A stretch of 64,000 nt of DNA from a virus, in the IMG/VR virus record IMGVR_UViG_3300009499_000148, positions 1-64,000 of that record. One strand, given 5' to 3'. Below the pieces are notes generated by a model. The model did not search any database and was not told the DNA's origin. It saw nothing but the letters and a program-made list of their open reading frames with translations. This document shows, in pieces, positions 8,658-20,700 of the stretch (position 1 is the first letter of the stretch; each line of letters starts with the position of its first letter). The position numbers and the translations under genes are program-made.

Positions 8658-11600
8658 ATTATTCTACCCTTGCTTAGACCCGCAGAGACAGCATTCGGTT
8701 GTGATGTTGCATGTGTCTGACCAGATGCTGGAATTGGACCTGCAGGAGCACCTGATGGTGTTGCAGGGAATCCGCCAGATTGTGTTTGCGTTGAGCTGCT
8801 TCCTCTTGGCACCGATACGACAGACGTCGCAGATACAATCGGTAGCGGTTCTATCGCAACGAAGAACTGCTGCAATGATATATCACCAAGCTCCCTACGG
8901 CGCGTCTGATTGAATCCCACAGCACCAGTTGATGAAATTCCACGCTCAAACGGCCGAAGCAGACTGGTCGTCAGCTGTGAGTTCATGAATGCACGCCCAG
9001 ACTGCGTAGATAACGTCAACTGTCTATCAATCTCAAAATCATCAGGGTCTATCGGTATCGTGAAGATACGCTCAAATAGCTTCGGAGACACGACCCTTGA
9101 CCTTCTGGCACCAGCACCGAACAAGATAGAATTAACACCGAACGTTTTAACGAACGTCAAGAGGTCCTCACCTATCTCGATGTTTATCGACTTACTTGCA
9201 TCTTCAAACACCTTTCCGAGTGAGTCTATCGTTGCTGTCGTGATTGAGTCGCCCGATATCCTCTGCAGAAGGTCATCGACGTCAGTGTTTGACCTTCGAA
9301 GCTCATCCAATGATACTTTTCTTCCGATAAAACGTGAAACGCGCGCCTCGATGAGCTTCTTAAAATCACCGAGCGTTTGCTGGTCGACGCGAACATCTGC
9401 AACATCATCATTCACGTAGAAGCCGTCCTCAGACAAATCTACGCCCGTCAATAATCTCAAATAAACACGTATGAGATAGCTCTTGATGTGATTTGATGCA
9501 AGCTGTGAGCGTTCAACATCACTTATAACGCCACGATAGCTAACATCTGTGGCAGTCGACGGGCCCTTCTCAATATTGAACTTTGTTCCATCTGCTGTGA
9601 GTGCCCTTGTCTGGATGGCTTCATTAACAAGCGTCTCAAACGTTCGTGTATCATTCTGTCTTACATCACCAAAATCAGATGCAGCGACGAATCGACCCGT
9701 TTGAAAAACGAAAGTCTGAGGCTTAAACACAACATCATCGAACAGAAGGTCTTTCATATACACATTGACGCGGATGACATCGCTTTGAAGCTTCTGTTTT
9801 TTTGCTAGCTCTGACAGGTCTTGACCTGCAAAGAATGAGCTATTCTGTGAGCGCAACGCATCAGAGAACCCAGCAGGAAGCCCAACTGATAACAGACGGA
9901 TGTTGTTCGCACCGGGTGATATGAACTTCGATGACCGCAACATTGAGAACAACGCAGAACGAACAGACGCAGGAATGACCGTGTCATCTATGAACGGAGA
10001 CGTCGACGTGTCTGACGCTGTCGTTGAACCGAACGCGGCAGCTGAACCTGCCGTGCGTGCAGCACGATGCTCTGCAAGCGTGTTCCTTGCTAACGCAACC
10101 TGTGCAGAGTCAAGCGCCGCTAGCTTTTCATTTGCATCTGATGACGCTAACACCTTCGCAAGCTGTGATGCATTTGGGCCACGCGGGTCAAAAAAACGTG
10201 CTACTGCTTCACCCTCCATCTTAACGCTGTTGCCGATTGCTAACAAAACGCTTGTTATCTTCTTAATCGTTGCGTCCTCTGCACCAAACCTCGTCTCCAT
10301 CGACGAAAAACGACTGACGATATCCTGAACACGTGCCTCACGGTCTTGGTGTGTTGTGCCAGTTAGCTGTATCAGGATATTCGGACCGCTTGAGCGATTT
10401 AGACCGGGTGATGGCAATAACCTACCCAACGCTTCCTTAAGAACGCCAACAAGCTCATCATCTCTTAGGACGCTGAACACCTTTCCACTTCTTCCAGCAA
10501 CCGTGTCTGCACCTCTGAATGTTGCGACAGGAAACATCTTAAAGAATGATGTGAAAAGCTCAACCACCATCAGGATTATCGTATGTGCGCCGATACCGTT
10601 CAGTCGTGTAGTTCCTGCGATGATATCAGAGAAATAATCTGGTGCAGTCGCAGATGATGCGCCCCCAGACACTGCATTTCTAGCAGCTCTATCTATAGAG
10701 CTGATAAAATCAATCATGTTTCTTAATATGAAAGCTGGGTCGGTGTCGCCAAGATTCGATAACTTATCAAAGATACGATACTCACTGATATCATCGTATA
10801 GCTCATTTCCGTGGTTATAGCTTAACGGTCTGTTCCCCGTTGCCTGTAGGTCAAGTAACCGAGCCGTCATCGCTGCACAGATGATGTCAAAACCGCTTGC
10901 CTGATTGACGGGAATCGTGTTATTCACAAGTCTGTTTGCGATTGTCAGAAGCCTCTCTACGTCATTTCCACGTTGTGCGACGCCGTATGCACTCAACGGA
11001 TTGTTATCAACGCTCTGTAGCACGTTGATGATTGCTGTAGTGATGTTTGTCGTTGGGTCAATCGGGTTTCCTGATGCATCTTTAGCGCCGCCAATCAGCT
11101 GTGTTGCCTGTGCCATTGAACGAAACAGGCCACGAGAAACACCCGGTCTGTGGTCAGCAGTCATACCTGCATGCATGATGTATAGAACAAGCATATGCTT
11201 AAGAAGCGGGTCATCTGCTGCTGCATGCAATAGCGCTGGCGTGAATGTGTCTCTCTTATCAGCAGGATGTAGGTCAGTGTAAAATGCCTCAGGACCAGGG
11301 CTTCTTGTTGATATCTCGTCAACCACAGAATGCATCAAGCGTAAGAAACGGTCAAGCAACGTCGCTGCATTCAGGCCCAGGCTGTCTGAATTGACTGCAT
11401 TGACATCAAGCGTCGCCTCAATGATGACTGCTAACGACTGTGTTGCCTGTCCGAACGCTGTTGCATAATTGTTAAGTGGTGTTGCATCAAGCTTCTTCGT
11501 TCCTTTCGTGATTGAATCAACGTAAAACTTCTGCCCAGGAATGACCTGGACAAGCGACCTTTTGATGAAATTGCTTTCAAATGGAAGCACGATTCGATTG

Positions 11601-12850
11601 GATGCTACATTTTGTGGAGCATTCAAAATAAGGCTAGCGATTGAATTCGGTTGGCCGCTCGGTGCATCAAAAATTGTCGCACCCGGCTCACCGATGATTC
11701 TATCAAAGATGTTTCTATCGATTTGCGTTCTGTCGATACCAAACGTTTGCTCTATCGTCGAACGAACTCTTGGTTCGCTTAGACCGGCTGAGATACGCAG
11801 TTCTTTGGAAAGGACAGCGAAAATCATTCGTATCCTTTCATCAAGATTAGAAAACTGTCTAATGCTATTGTTAAACAGCTCAACACTAGACCTATCAAGT
11901 ATTGAGGCGAGGTCAGCAGATGTTCTTGACGCTAACGTTGAAGCATCGAACGAGTTCAAGATTGATGGAGTTGTGTCATTCGGCTTTAATATCGTGAATG
12001 GGTCAAAATCTATCCTACGACGTGTGTCTGTCGTCTCAATAAGACTGGGTGAGTACGTCTTAATCATCACACGAAGGTCTTCAATCATCTGCGCAAGAAT
12101 CTTTGTGTCAGTGAATGAGTTGTAGCCCTGGTTCGTGAAACCAAGGACATTGACAATGACATCAAGCACTGGGTCAGTTGATATGATTCCGCGAGATGCA
12201 ACATCTGCTGTGATGAATGCAACGTTATTTTTGACTGAAAGTGCTCGACGTGCATCTGTGAGCTTTTGAACAAGCTCTTGTAAGAACTTGACCTCATCCT
12301 CAACATCTAGCTCTGATTGCGCCAGACGAGCCTCGAGTGTCTGTATCGTCTTTAGTGCATCAGGGTCTGCACGAAGTTCATTAATGAGGCGTGTGATGTT
12401 ATCTGCCCTTAGTTGTCGCCCTGACATTTGGATATCGAGCATTTCTCCAACAGGACCAGCACGACGTCGAGATGAATTTGCATTATCATCATCATACACA
12501 GGCTCAAAATTAAACTCTGCAACAATCTCGGGACGCTGTTCAGACATACCCATTGAGTCGACGGGATTGTAGTTGTCAATCGCAACATTCAGGTTCAACC
12601 TCGACTGTGGTGCATCAGGAAGAGGGTTGATGCTTTCCTGGTCAGGATAATCACCCATCGATACGCCGAGAGCCGCTGCAACAGACGCATTTCTTTCTGC
12701 AACGCCAGGCGTTGGTTGAACAGATACAGACACACCTGCAGAACCGGGTGTCGGTGATGGTGTAGCACGTCCTGTCGACGCGCCCGTAGATGGTGCAGGA
12801 CTGGGTGTGCTAGGGTCTGTTGCGACAGATAAGCTGCCTAAATTTATCAT
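8654..12850 (-). CDS. Very large hypothetical virion-associated protein
   Basis: 1398-aa ORF with Pro/Ser/Thr-rich low-complexity termini and a helical/coiled-coil middle. Translationally coupled within the structural operon. Confidence 0.6.
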   Translation of the reverse strand: MINLGSLSVATDPSTPSPAPSTGASTGRATPSPTPGSAGVSVSVQPTPGVAERNASVAAALGVSMGDYPDQESINPLPDAPQSRLNLNVAIDNYNPVDSMGMSEQRPEIVAEFNFEPVYDDDNANSSRRRAGPVGEMLDIQMSGRQLRADNITRLINELRADPDALKTIQTLEARLAQSELDVEDEVKFLQELVQKLTDARRALSVKNNVAFITADVASRGIISTDPVLDVIVNVLGFTNQGYNSFTDTKILAQMIEDLRVMIKTYSPSLIETTDTRRRIDFDPFTILKPNDTTPSILNSFDASTLASRTSADLASILDRSSVELFNNSIRQFSNLDERIRMIFAVLSKELRISAGLSEPRVRSTIEQTFGIDRTQIDRNIFDRIIGEPGATIFDAPSGQPNSIASLILNAPQNVASNRIVLPFESNFIKRSLVQVIPGQKFYVDSITKGTKKLDATPLNNYATAFGQATQSLAVIIEATLDVNAVNSDSLGLNAATLLDRFLRLMHSVVDEISTRSPGPEAFYTDLHPADKRDTFTPALLHAAADDPLLKHMLVLYIMHAGMTADHRPGVSRGLFRSMAQATQLIGGAKDASGNPIDPTTNITTAIINVLQSVDNNPLSAYGVAQRGNDVERLLTIANRLVNNTIPVNQASGFDIICAAMTARLLDLQATGNRPLSYNHGNELYDDISEYRIFDKLSNLGDTDPAFILRNMIDFISSIDRAARNAVSGGASSATAPDYFSDIIAGTTRLNGIGAHTIILMVVELFTSFFKMFPVATFRGADTVAGRSGKVFSVLRDDELVGVLKEALGRLLPSPGLNRSSGPNILIQLTGTTHQDREARVQDIVSRFSSMETRFGAEDATIKKITSVLLAIGNSVKMEGEAVARFFDPRGPNASQLAKVLASSDANEKLAALDSAQVALARNTLAEHRAARTAGSAAAFGSTTASDTSTSPFIDDTVIPASVRSALFSMLRSSKFISPGANNIRLLSVGLPAGFSDALRSQNSSFFAGQDLSELAKKQKLQSDVIRVNVYMKDLLFDDVVFKPQTFVFQTGRFVAASDFGDVRQNDTRTFETLVNEAIQTRALTADGTKFNIEKGPSTATDVSYRGVISDVERSQLASNHIKSYLIRVYLRLLTGVDLSEDGFYVNDDVADVRVDQQTLGDFKKLIEARVSRFIGRKVSLDELRRSNTDVDDLLQRISGDSITTATIDSLGKVFEDASKSINIEIGEDLLTFVKTFGVNSILFGAGARRSRVVSPKLFERIFTIPIDPDDFEIDRQLTLSTQSGRAFMNSQLTTSLLRPFERGISSTGAVGFNQTRRRELGDISLQQFFVAIEPLPIVSATSVVSVPRGSSSTQTQSGGFPATPSGAPAGPIPASGQTHATSQPNAVSAGLSKGRII

Positions 12851-15330
12851 CTTGTTCCCGCTCTACCATCTGTGACGACGACAGAATTTGTTCTCAGCTC
12901 AGCGCCCCTTGAATAATCGTTCATAATGGGTATCACTCTATATGTAAGCTCACCAATGTCGTCAGGGCTGATATCATCGATGAACTCGAATGATTTACCT
13001 GTTGAGATTGAGTGCGTCTTTCCAATTATTGTTGAACGTCCAAGTAGCTCTTTTATAATGATGAAATGCTCAATCTGAGCAACATCACCCTCAACATTCC
13101 ACCTCACTGACATGTTTTTGCGATTCAATCTCGTCGCATGTGCATCGATAATCTTTGGAGCGAATGACGTCAATGAAACATCAATCTCCTGTGAGTTTCC
13201 TATGTTACCAAATGAAAAATCATCCTGCGGGTGGTTGCTTATAAGCGATTCACGAGAAACAAGCGTTCCCCTTGAGATTGCCAATGGGTGCCTGAACTTC
13301 GATGGTTTAAAGCTATATGCTTTACCCGTCGTCGGGTCTGTTGCATCTTTCTTTAAATCATCGAACATCGTCTCTGTGTCACGAAGCAACGTTGATATCA
13401 CATAGCGATACTTGTGGCCATCCTGTAACTGACTGACGCCAGTTTTTCTACCCAACACGGCGTCTGAGAACGTTGTCTCAGTGAATGTTCCGAATGTTTC
13501 CTCTGTGCCCGTCGTGACATCAATTCTCGAGACTGAGTGTGCTATCAATTTTTGTAACTTATCTCTCTCATTGGCTAGGTCACTATCATAGATGCCTTTA
13601 ACATCCTGCCTAGCCAACGCAGACTTCACTGCTCCTAGGCCCTCATCAGTGATTGCTGAACTGATATCAAAGACAACATCAAGATTGGCACCCGCTCGAA
13701 CTATCTGTAGGTTTGTCACAGATAGCTCAGCTGCACCAACGACCAGCGAAAAATACTGCTTAATTGCGTAAGCAGTAGACAACATGCTTAATCCGTCTCT
13801 ATAATAAAGCATGCATGTGTATTCATAGACATGACCGTCCTTAAGACCCGTATCATTAAAGAGTAGGTTACTCAGGCTTGGACCAACGAGCTTTATCGAC
13901 TCTTGACCATTAATCATCACACCATCATGTTCAAACTCTGTCAAATCACGACGAAGTATTGACACAGAGACGACATCTGATGGGATGCTTGAGACACTCA
14001 CTGCCAGACCACCATCGACGACACGTATGTCTATGCTAGCAGCATTTGAACGATTGCTTCTTGTTGAGCCCTGAAATTTGACGGGAAGAGAAACGACGCC
14101 AGAAAACTCAGAACACAGTATCCCTGTCGGCCCAACCGGAATGCATCTGTATATCAACGTGCTTGAGTTATTAACGATGTCAATGAACTTTGTCTGACCG
14201 TCTTTTCGTTTAAGAGGTATTTCTGCAACAAGCTCATACCTTGTGAGCGAAAGCGTTCCGTCAGGGCCAGCGATACGACGCCTGAAGATTCTCATTCTCG
14301 TTGCACGACCGTCAAGCTGCTCTATCTCAATTACATTCTTGCCATGAAACTGAAATGGCGACATGGCGACACGTGGTGCAACCACTGGTGTGTTCAAGAT
14401 TCTAATAAGATTAGAGTGTGGCACGCGCTTCGTGATTGTTTCAATCACAGACCCGAACACAGTCATCAAAGACATCTCAACATAAAAATCATCGAATCCA
14501 ACAACAGGAGGTATCACCAACGTTTGCACATTCAGCAGCTCTGTCATCTGAACATCGACTATGATTGGTACAAGCGTTGAATCAGAAAAATCATTATGTG
14601 CAGATGATGTATCGCTTGGATTCGACAGCAATGATGCCTCTATGATGTCTAGGCCGATACGTACGGGCGTATTTGGGCTGTTCGACGCAGTCTGCGAACG
14701 ACCAGTTGAACCGAGGCCAGCAAACGAGCTATGGGCGCCAGCAGGTGATGGTTGTGCTGTCGCGACTGTCGCTGGGTCGATTCCAAGGCTTAACAACGTG
14801 TGTGAAGCGTTCGTTGCTTGGCCAGAAGATGGTGATTGAGCACCGTTCTTTTCTGAAAGCAATGTTGGAAAATCGATGTTGCTCTGTTTCAGCTCAGCTA
14901 CAGACCTCAACTCAATGACGCGTTGTGTGCCGAGTATGGCCGTCGTGGATGACACTCCCGCCGCGATTTCAGGCACGACTGAATTATTAACGTTCGCAGT
15001 GATATCAGACCTAGCAGTGATTATAGTCGAAGACGATGCGTTTCGTCTTGCATCACGTCCGCGGGCTTCAACGAGCCTAATGTCGTCTATGAATGTGCTA
15101 TTATCATTTGAGTTTCTAATGGCGTCAAAAACATCAGGAGCCGGCACTGGAATTTCACGCTTAACAGATATCAACACGTAATTTGCTTCACGTCGTATCG
15201 CTTCTACTGTAGAGCAAAAATACCTGAACTCATAGATGAATGAACCATCATCGCGGGTGTCAAGCAATACAGCAAAATTATCATCAACCCTTAGCATCGG
15301 TGATGTTGCTGATTTTCGTGCTATTTTCAT
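12847..15330 (-). CDS. Large virion protein with Fn3/Ig-like beta domains
   Basis: 827 aa. Motifs DTGLKDGHVYEYTC, GHKYRYVI, SVRWNVEG..IEHFIIIK and LTYRVIP. Confidence 0.6.
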   Translation of the reverse strand: MKIARKSATSPMLRVDDNFAVLLDTRDDGSFIYEFRYFCSTVEAIRREANYVLISVKREIPVPAPDVFDAIRNSNDNSTFIDDIRLVEARGRDARRNASSSTIITARSDITANVNNSVVPEIAAGVSSTTAILGTQRVIELRSVAELKQSNIDFPTLLSEKNGAQSPSSGQATNASHTLLSLGIDPATVATAQPSPAGAHSSFAGLGSTGRSQTASNSPNTPVRIGLDIIEASLLSNPSDTSSAHNDFSDSTLVPIIVDVQMTELLNVQTLVIPPVVGFDDFYVEMSLMTVFGSVIETITKRVPHSNLIRILNTPVVAPRVAMSPFQFHGKNVIEIEQLDGRATRMRIFRRRIAGPDGTLSLTRYELVAEIPLKRKDGQTKFIDIVNNSSTLIYRCIPVGPTGILCSEFSGVVSLPVKFQGSTRSNRSNAASIDIRVVDGGLAVSVSSIPSDVVSVSILRRDLTEFEHDGVMINGQESIKLVGPSLSNLLFNDTGLKDGHVYEYTCMLYYRDGLSMLSTAYAIKQYFSLVVGAAELSVTNLQIVRAGANLDVVFDISSAITDEGLGAVKSALARQDVKGIYDSDLANERDKLQKLIAHSVSRIDVTTGTEETFGTFTETTFSDAVLGRKTGVSQLQDGHKYRYVISTLLRDTETMFDDLKKDATDPTTGKAYSFKPSKFRHPLAISRGTLVSRESLISNHPQDDFSFGNIGNSQEIDVSLTSFAPKIIDAHATRLNRKNMSVRWNVEGDVAQIEHFIIIKELLGRSTIIGKTHSISTGKSFEFIDDISPDDIGELTYRVIPIMNDYSRGAELRTNSVVVTDGRAGTR

Positions 15331-15355
15331 GTCTATATGCTAGATATGCAACCGC

Positions 15356-16270
15356 TCATTCATAGATGAGAACGAAAAGGTTCACGAACGTCTGTGCGCC
15401 CAATGAGTCAATGAACACCTTTCCGACAAAAAACACATGCTTTTCCGGAAAAGACGCATCATCGGTCGTCACAACGCCGTAATCGATGACATCAAGCTTC
15501 GTTAGGCTATCCTGCTTCAACTCAAACATCTGTGAAACGATGTTGCTGCGTATGCTTGTAGAACTAAACTCAATCGAACGCTCTTCTTTTCCAACCAATG
15601 AAGCCTTGAGCTGCTCATACGTCATAGATGTCTGCCTCTGCCCAATCACTGGATAGTTTCCCAAAGGTGCGCCACTAACATTGACGGGAGGCATGTATCT
15701 AAAATTTGGAAGATGCGAAAGTCTCTTATCCTGAAAGAGTGATTCGATGTGTTCGACTCGTGCTTGACTCACATCTCTTTTTCGAAATGGAGAAGAGTCA
15801 GTTATTGAAAAATTGATTACGTTCGTGTTTGTCGTAAACTCTGTGTCATCGTCGAACACCATATCATCGGTGCCAATCGCTCTAAGCTTCTGAAAATTAT
15901 CTATCGATGACGCCAACAACGACCCAGCAAGCGATGCAAATGCAGAGCCCGTGACCACAGAAAGATATACATCAGACGAACCAGACAACACCTTTCCATC
16001 CCTAACACCCAATGAGCTACCACGATACGGCATAAGCTTTCCTGAATCATCTGCCTCAAACGTGATTTGGTCCTGAGGCAATTCACATGCCTCAAGATAA
16101 ATTCTAGCAGATGCATCAGTTGAACCACTCACTGCATCACCCTGGTAGAATGTTTCAGCATCAGAGAATGACACAAACTCAATTCGCATCTTTCCTGTTG
16201 CTAACTGTCGCCTACCCTCCTGTGTGATTATCGTATCCATGATACGTGTCTTGTTGTCTAGTATGCCCAT
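15356..16270 (-). CDS. Baseplate/tail protein, paralogous N-terminus to 5206-5904
   Basis: MGILDNKTRIMDTIITQEGRRQLATGKMRIEFVSFSD aligns by eye with MGFLSHETNNLILDAVLTDVGRQFLS..FSVIKFALAD. Confidence 0.6.
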   Translation of the reverse strand: MGILDNKTRIMDTIITQEGRRQLATGKMRIEFVSFSDAETFYQGDAVSGSTDASARIYLEACELPQDQITFEADDSGKLMPYRGSSLGVRDGKVLSGSSDVYLSVVTGSAFASLAGSLLASSIDNFQKLRAIGTDDMVFDDDTEFTTNTNVINFSITDSSPFRKRDVSQARVEHIESLFQDKRLSHLPNFRYMPPVNVSGAPLGNYPVIGQRQTSMTYEQLKASLVGKEERSIEFSSTSIRSNIVSQMFELKQDSLTKLDVIDYGVVTTDDASFPEKHVFFVGKVFIDSLGAQTFVNLFVLIYE

Positions 16271-16289
16271 GCTTTATGTCTCCAAAGTA

Positions 16290-17693
16290 TCAAACTATAA
16301 TCTTAAACCCCTGACATATCGCAGAACCAGACACAGATGAATTTGATATAGAAACATTATACCAATCATTTGCAGGAATTATGATGCTTCCTGTTGAAAC
16401 CACATCACTCAAAAGCCCTGCACCAGTCAAAACAAGAATGATGTCACCGGTTGAAAAACGTCTCATTCTCAACGTTGTTGTGTCGCCCGAGAACTCACTG
16501 CCCATCATTGCTCGTCCAGATGAAAATGTCGCAGACGTGATATAGACGGCACCGATGATTGTCTCTATCGTTCCTGAGATGTTATTCGGTGATGGGATGA
16601 CGTTGTATGCCGTCTGTGCAGTCAGCGTTGCTGCAGTTGAGATTGTGATTGCTCCATTGCTAGCGCTAGAAACAGAAACGTTGTTTCCTGCAACGATGTA
16701 GGGTGTTCCATCAACGAGCCTCGTCAATGAACCAGACATACCGAGAGTAAACGATGCTGTCGTGGCACTGATTGGACCAGTGAACGTTGTTCCAGACACT
16801 GTGGCAATGATGCTATCTAGAAACCCGACGGTGACATTTGAGCCAGCGCCTCCATCTGTGATTGATATACCGGTGCTTGACGTAAGAACACGCTCATTTG
16901 CAAGCGATGATGTTGCACTGAGCACGACATAAGATGCAGTTGCATCAAAGACTGAACCAGCTGCGGTCGATGATATCGTTATCTGTCCATTCGACGCAGA
17001 TGCAACTGTTATGTTGGAGCCAGCTGTGATATATGACGTTCCATCAACAAGTCTCGTCAATGAGCCAGATATGCCTTGGATGAATGAACCAGTGCCAGCG
17101 ACACGAATGTTGCCAGAAAAAAGAGACCCTGTAAGCGTCGCAATGATGTTATCACGAAATCCTATGGTGATTGTGCTTCCAGCTCCACCATCTGTCAGTG
17201 ATATTCCCGTGCTTGATGTCAGAACACGTTCATTGGCGAGTGATGATGTTGCACTAAGAACGACGTATGATGCAGTTGCATCGAATGTGCTACCACCTCC
17301 CGTTGCAGTCGATGATATCGTTATCTGTCCATTCGATGATGACGATATCGTGATATTCGACCCAGCAACAAGATATGACGTTCCATTCGTCAGTCGAGTC
17401 AATGAGCCAGATATGCCCTGAACGAATGAACCAGTGCCTTGCACTTGGATGTTTCCGGCAAAGTATGATGTCGATGAACCTCCCGTTGATGTGAATGTTA
17501 TCTGTCCATTTGATGACGACACTATCGTCATGCCAGAACCAGCGACAAGATAGCTCAGCCCTGCGTTAGTTTGTTGTATCGAACCAAGAAGCTCACCACC
17601 AGACAGACCAGAGACACGTGTCCTGATGATGTTTCCCTTAAGGTCCTTTTTTAGGAGGAAGGGCGTCTTGTCGGCTTCATTCCTCTCAACCAC
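16290..17693 (-). CDS. Ser/Thr/Gly-rich repeat tail fibre or decoration protein
   Basis: Four copies of (SGSLTRL.DG)TSYL.AGSNIT.SS.SNGQITIS and two copies of FDATASYVVLSATSSLANERVLTSSTGIS.TDGGAGS. Confidence 0.75.
   Translation of the reverse strand: MVERNEADKTPFLLKKDLKGNIIRTRVSGLSGGELLGSIQQTNAGLSYLVAGSGMTIVSSSNGQITFTSTGGSSTSYFAGNIQVQGTGSFVQGISGSLTRLTNGTSYLVAGSNITISSSSNGQITISSTATGGGSTFDATASYVVLSATSSLANERVLTSSTGISLTDGGAGSTITIGFRDNIIATLTGSLFSGNIRVAGTGSFIQGISGSLTRLVDGTSYITAGSNITVASASNGQITISSTAAGSVFDATASYVVLSATSSLANERVLTSSTGISITDGGAGSNVTVGFLDSIIATVSGTTFTGPISATTASFTLGMSGSLTRLVDGTPYIVAGNNVSVSSASNGAITISTAATLTAQTAYNVIPSPNNISGTIETIIGAVYITSATFSSGRAMMGSEFSGDTTTLRMRRFSTGDIILVLTGAGLLSDVVSTGSIIIPANDWYNVSISNSSVSGSAICQGFKIIV
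16640..17560 (-). repeat. Intragenic tandem duplication (unit about 110-113 codons)
   Basis: Near-identical DNA such as gtcgatgatatcgttatctgtccattcga (~16966 and ~17308) and gtcaatgagccagatatgcc (~17056 and ~17398). Boundaries approximate. Confidence 0.8.
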
Positions 17694-17728
17694 AATCTGT
17701 CATAAATACGCCTATGAAAGACGTTCTC

Positions 17729-20700
17729 TTAAAATGAGACTATGGTTGAGTTAAGTTCTGTCAAATCAAGCGGGTCGTTCCTGTTCATCACAATTCCATC
17801 AAAATACGGCATGCTAGATGTTGCTTCGATGCTTAGGTTTGATGAGAACGTCTTCGCGGGTGATGTGATATTCACAGTTCTCGGTTCAACAAACTTAATC
17901 TGAACCGGTGATGCAGTCTCGCCAGGCTGACCTGATAACGTACCATCTGCGCTATAACCGACAGTATCATAATATTTTGAGTCTAATCGCTGCTCAAACA
18001 TATCTCTAAACTGGCCGTAATGAGACGGATTGAAAACGGCTTTTGTGTATTCTGGGAGCGCGTTTAAAATTCCGTACTTAAATCCCCTAAACACAGAATT
18101 AAAGATTGTCTCAACATCACCGCTTGAGCCAGCACTACGAGATGCCCAATATGTCACTCCGGTCATCGTTCCAGAGACAGTGCCGCCGATACCGTAGATG
18201 TGCAATAAAACATTTCTGGGTGTTTGTGGAAATAAACCTGACGCATCTTCACCGTCAGAGTCTCTCAGATACACTATCGGAAATGACGGTACAAGCGACT
18301 CACCGTGGTTAAGAATCCTTGCAACGGTCAACTTGCTAAAGATGGGTTGTGATATTGCACTACCCAAAACACCACCACCAAGCTGGCGTGTTGCCTCAGT
18401 GTTTGACACAACGTCAACGTCTCTTTCAACGCTAGCATACTTCGGTTCAAATGGAAATGCTCTATCCCATGTAGCATCGGCGATGACGTCTGGATACGGC
18501 GTCCCTGCAGATGTGATTAGATACGGCGTCCCAGACGATGCATTTGAATAATAACTGTCAAGGCCCAAGATGACATGGTTGTAGCTAACGTGGTTATAGA
18601 CTGCGCTACCGTTGATTTGAACTATCTTGTCGATGCGAGGCATCAATGTATCATAAAATCTCTCATTATCAGAGACAAGTTGAACATGGCGGCTGAGTCC
18701 AGGAATGCGTGCTCTGTTCTCTGAACCGTTTGTTAACGTTAGGCCAAAGATGTTATTAACGCTTCCTGTGTAAAGTGAAGACGCTAACACACGTCTTGAT
18801 GATGCATCATTCGTCATCGTTCCTGAGATGTATACATCATACGCGGAACCACTATATAGCTGTCTTGGTTCAGTAAGAAATTGGTCGACTATCTCAGGAG
18901 AACGAATGTCTTCATGCACCTCAACTGTCGTCAGCTCTTGATTGACAGTCTGATGGAATTCTTTGTTTTCACGTAATAATGAACCGTATAGCAACAACCT
19001 ACCCTTGCCGGGTGCAATCGTTAGTTCGCTGGCACGTCCCTCGACTACGCTCCCTCCGACGTTTGGAACACGACCCTCTGCAAACATCCTCTTACCCATC
19101 GGTACCTGCCATCCCATGATAAGCTTATCTGTCGGTAAGAGGATGTATGGGTTGTTTGTAGAATTAAAAACGTTCGGCGTTGATGTTGCAGTAAAACCAT
19201 CATCAATCAACGAGATGGATGCAGACACAGTATGACCCAAAACGCTTGCAGAGAGGTCTCTTCCCGTTGGAAGCGCAGTTCCAGCACGACCGCCGGGTTT
19301 ATTAGCAGTGTAAATTATCGCCGCAGTGTCATTGATACCTGCGTACATGTATGAAATCTGTTCATTTACAACTGGTGATTTAATCGTCGCAGACAACACA
19401 TATGAACCAGCCCAAAGCGCTTGGTTTGCATCATACGTGATTGAGACGTTCTTGATGTTCAAGTCACGCGAAAGAAGAGATAGATTCGCGGACGTTGCAA
19501 GCGAATGAAACGGACTGACCTGTGCAAACGTGATTATATCTCTGACTGAATCAACTGTTGTTGCAGTCGCACCAGACGAAAGTAACGTTGCACTCGGAAT
19601 CATGATATCTAGGCTTCTAGACGGTAATGGATACGAATGACCAGCTGATGAGAAGTTCGCAGACGAGCCGAACACTCCATCATGCGTTGCACACAATAGC
19701 TGCGCAGTCTGTGCACGTGCAGAATATGGATTTCGTTGGTTCAATATGAAGAATGTTGATATGGGTGTTCCGTATGTACCTCGTACAAAAACTGTGTCAG
19801 TTGCTGTTGTAGAAACATCACCGACTGACGCACTTTGGTTCGTGAACACCGTCAATGCACCAAGAGAACCAGAGAATGAGCTAGTGTATGCCGTGTAATC
19901 TGTCGTTGATAGAGGCGTTCTAACGGGTGAAAGTGCTGCACTGCCCAAACGATAGCTTCCTGAGAACTCGTAGACTATCTTCTCAACGACAAACGGATGA
20001 GATATGTACTGAGACATATCAAGAAGCTGTGATGACGTTGCATGAAACTTCGGATGTAGAGGAAATCCGAAATTTGACATTGGAATTGCTGCCTGTCGTC
20101 CCTCTACTGATGCTGTGATTGCGTAGCTAGGAGAAAATCCGTAGCATAGGTCTCTAACATTTTGCTCTAATGAAAGCTGTGGATTATTACCATACAGGTA
20201 GCCCTGTGTTCCAGTGATGCTTGTTGGAAGCCCACGACCTATTCCCTCCCATTTCTTGCTCGAAAAGTTGTAATACATCATTGGGTAATTGTTCGTTCCA
20301 TCGAACACCCAATTCCCAGGAACAGAGTCAGCGCTCGTCATGGCTGACCCAGTGACACCGCCATTTCGAATCCCAGCCGTGTATGCGACTGTCGGATTCA
20401 TATCAATCTCAATGATTGTTTTTGCGGTCAATGGCCCAGAAAATCCTGGGCCAACATCTGTTATACTGCTTCCAGTCGCATAAAACGGGTCGAGCATAGC
20501 GTTCGACTGCCATAGTTTCGCTGAATCATTGAACGGTCTGTGCACATCGATTGAATCACGAAAAACAACGAACTCATCAGCGATTCCCTTTCTAACTGTT
20601 CCAGTCGCCGTTAACGATGATGTTACATCTGTAAGGTCAGACGTTATCAGTGTGCTGTTGATTGTAGACGGTAGGTTGATGCTAGTGTTCTCACTGAAGA

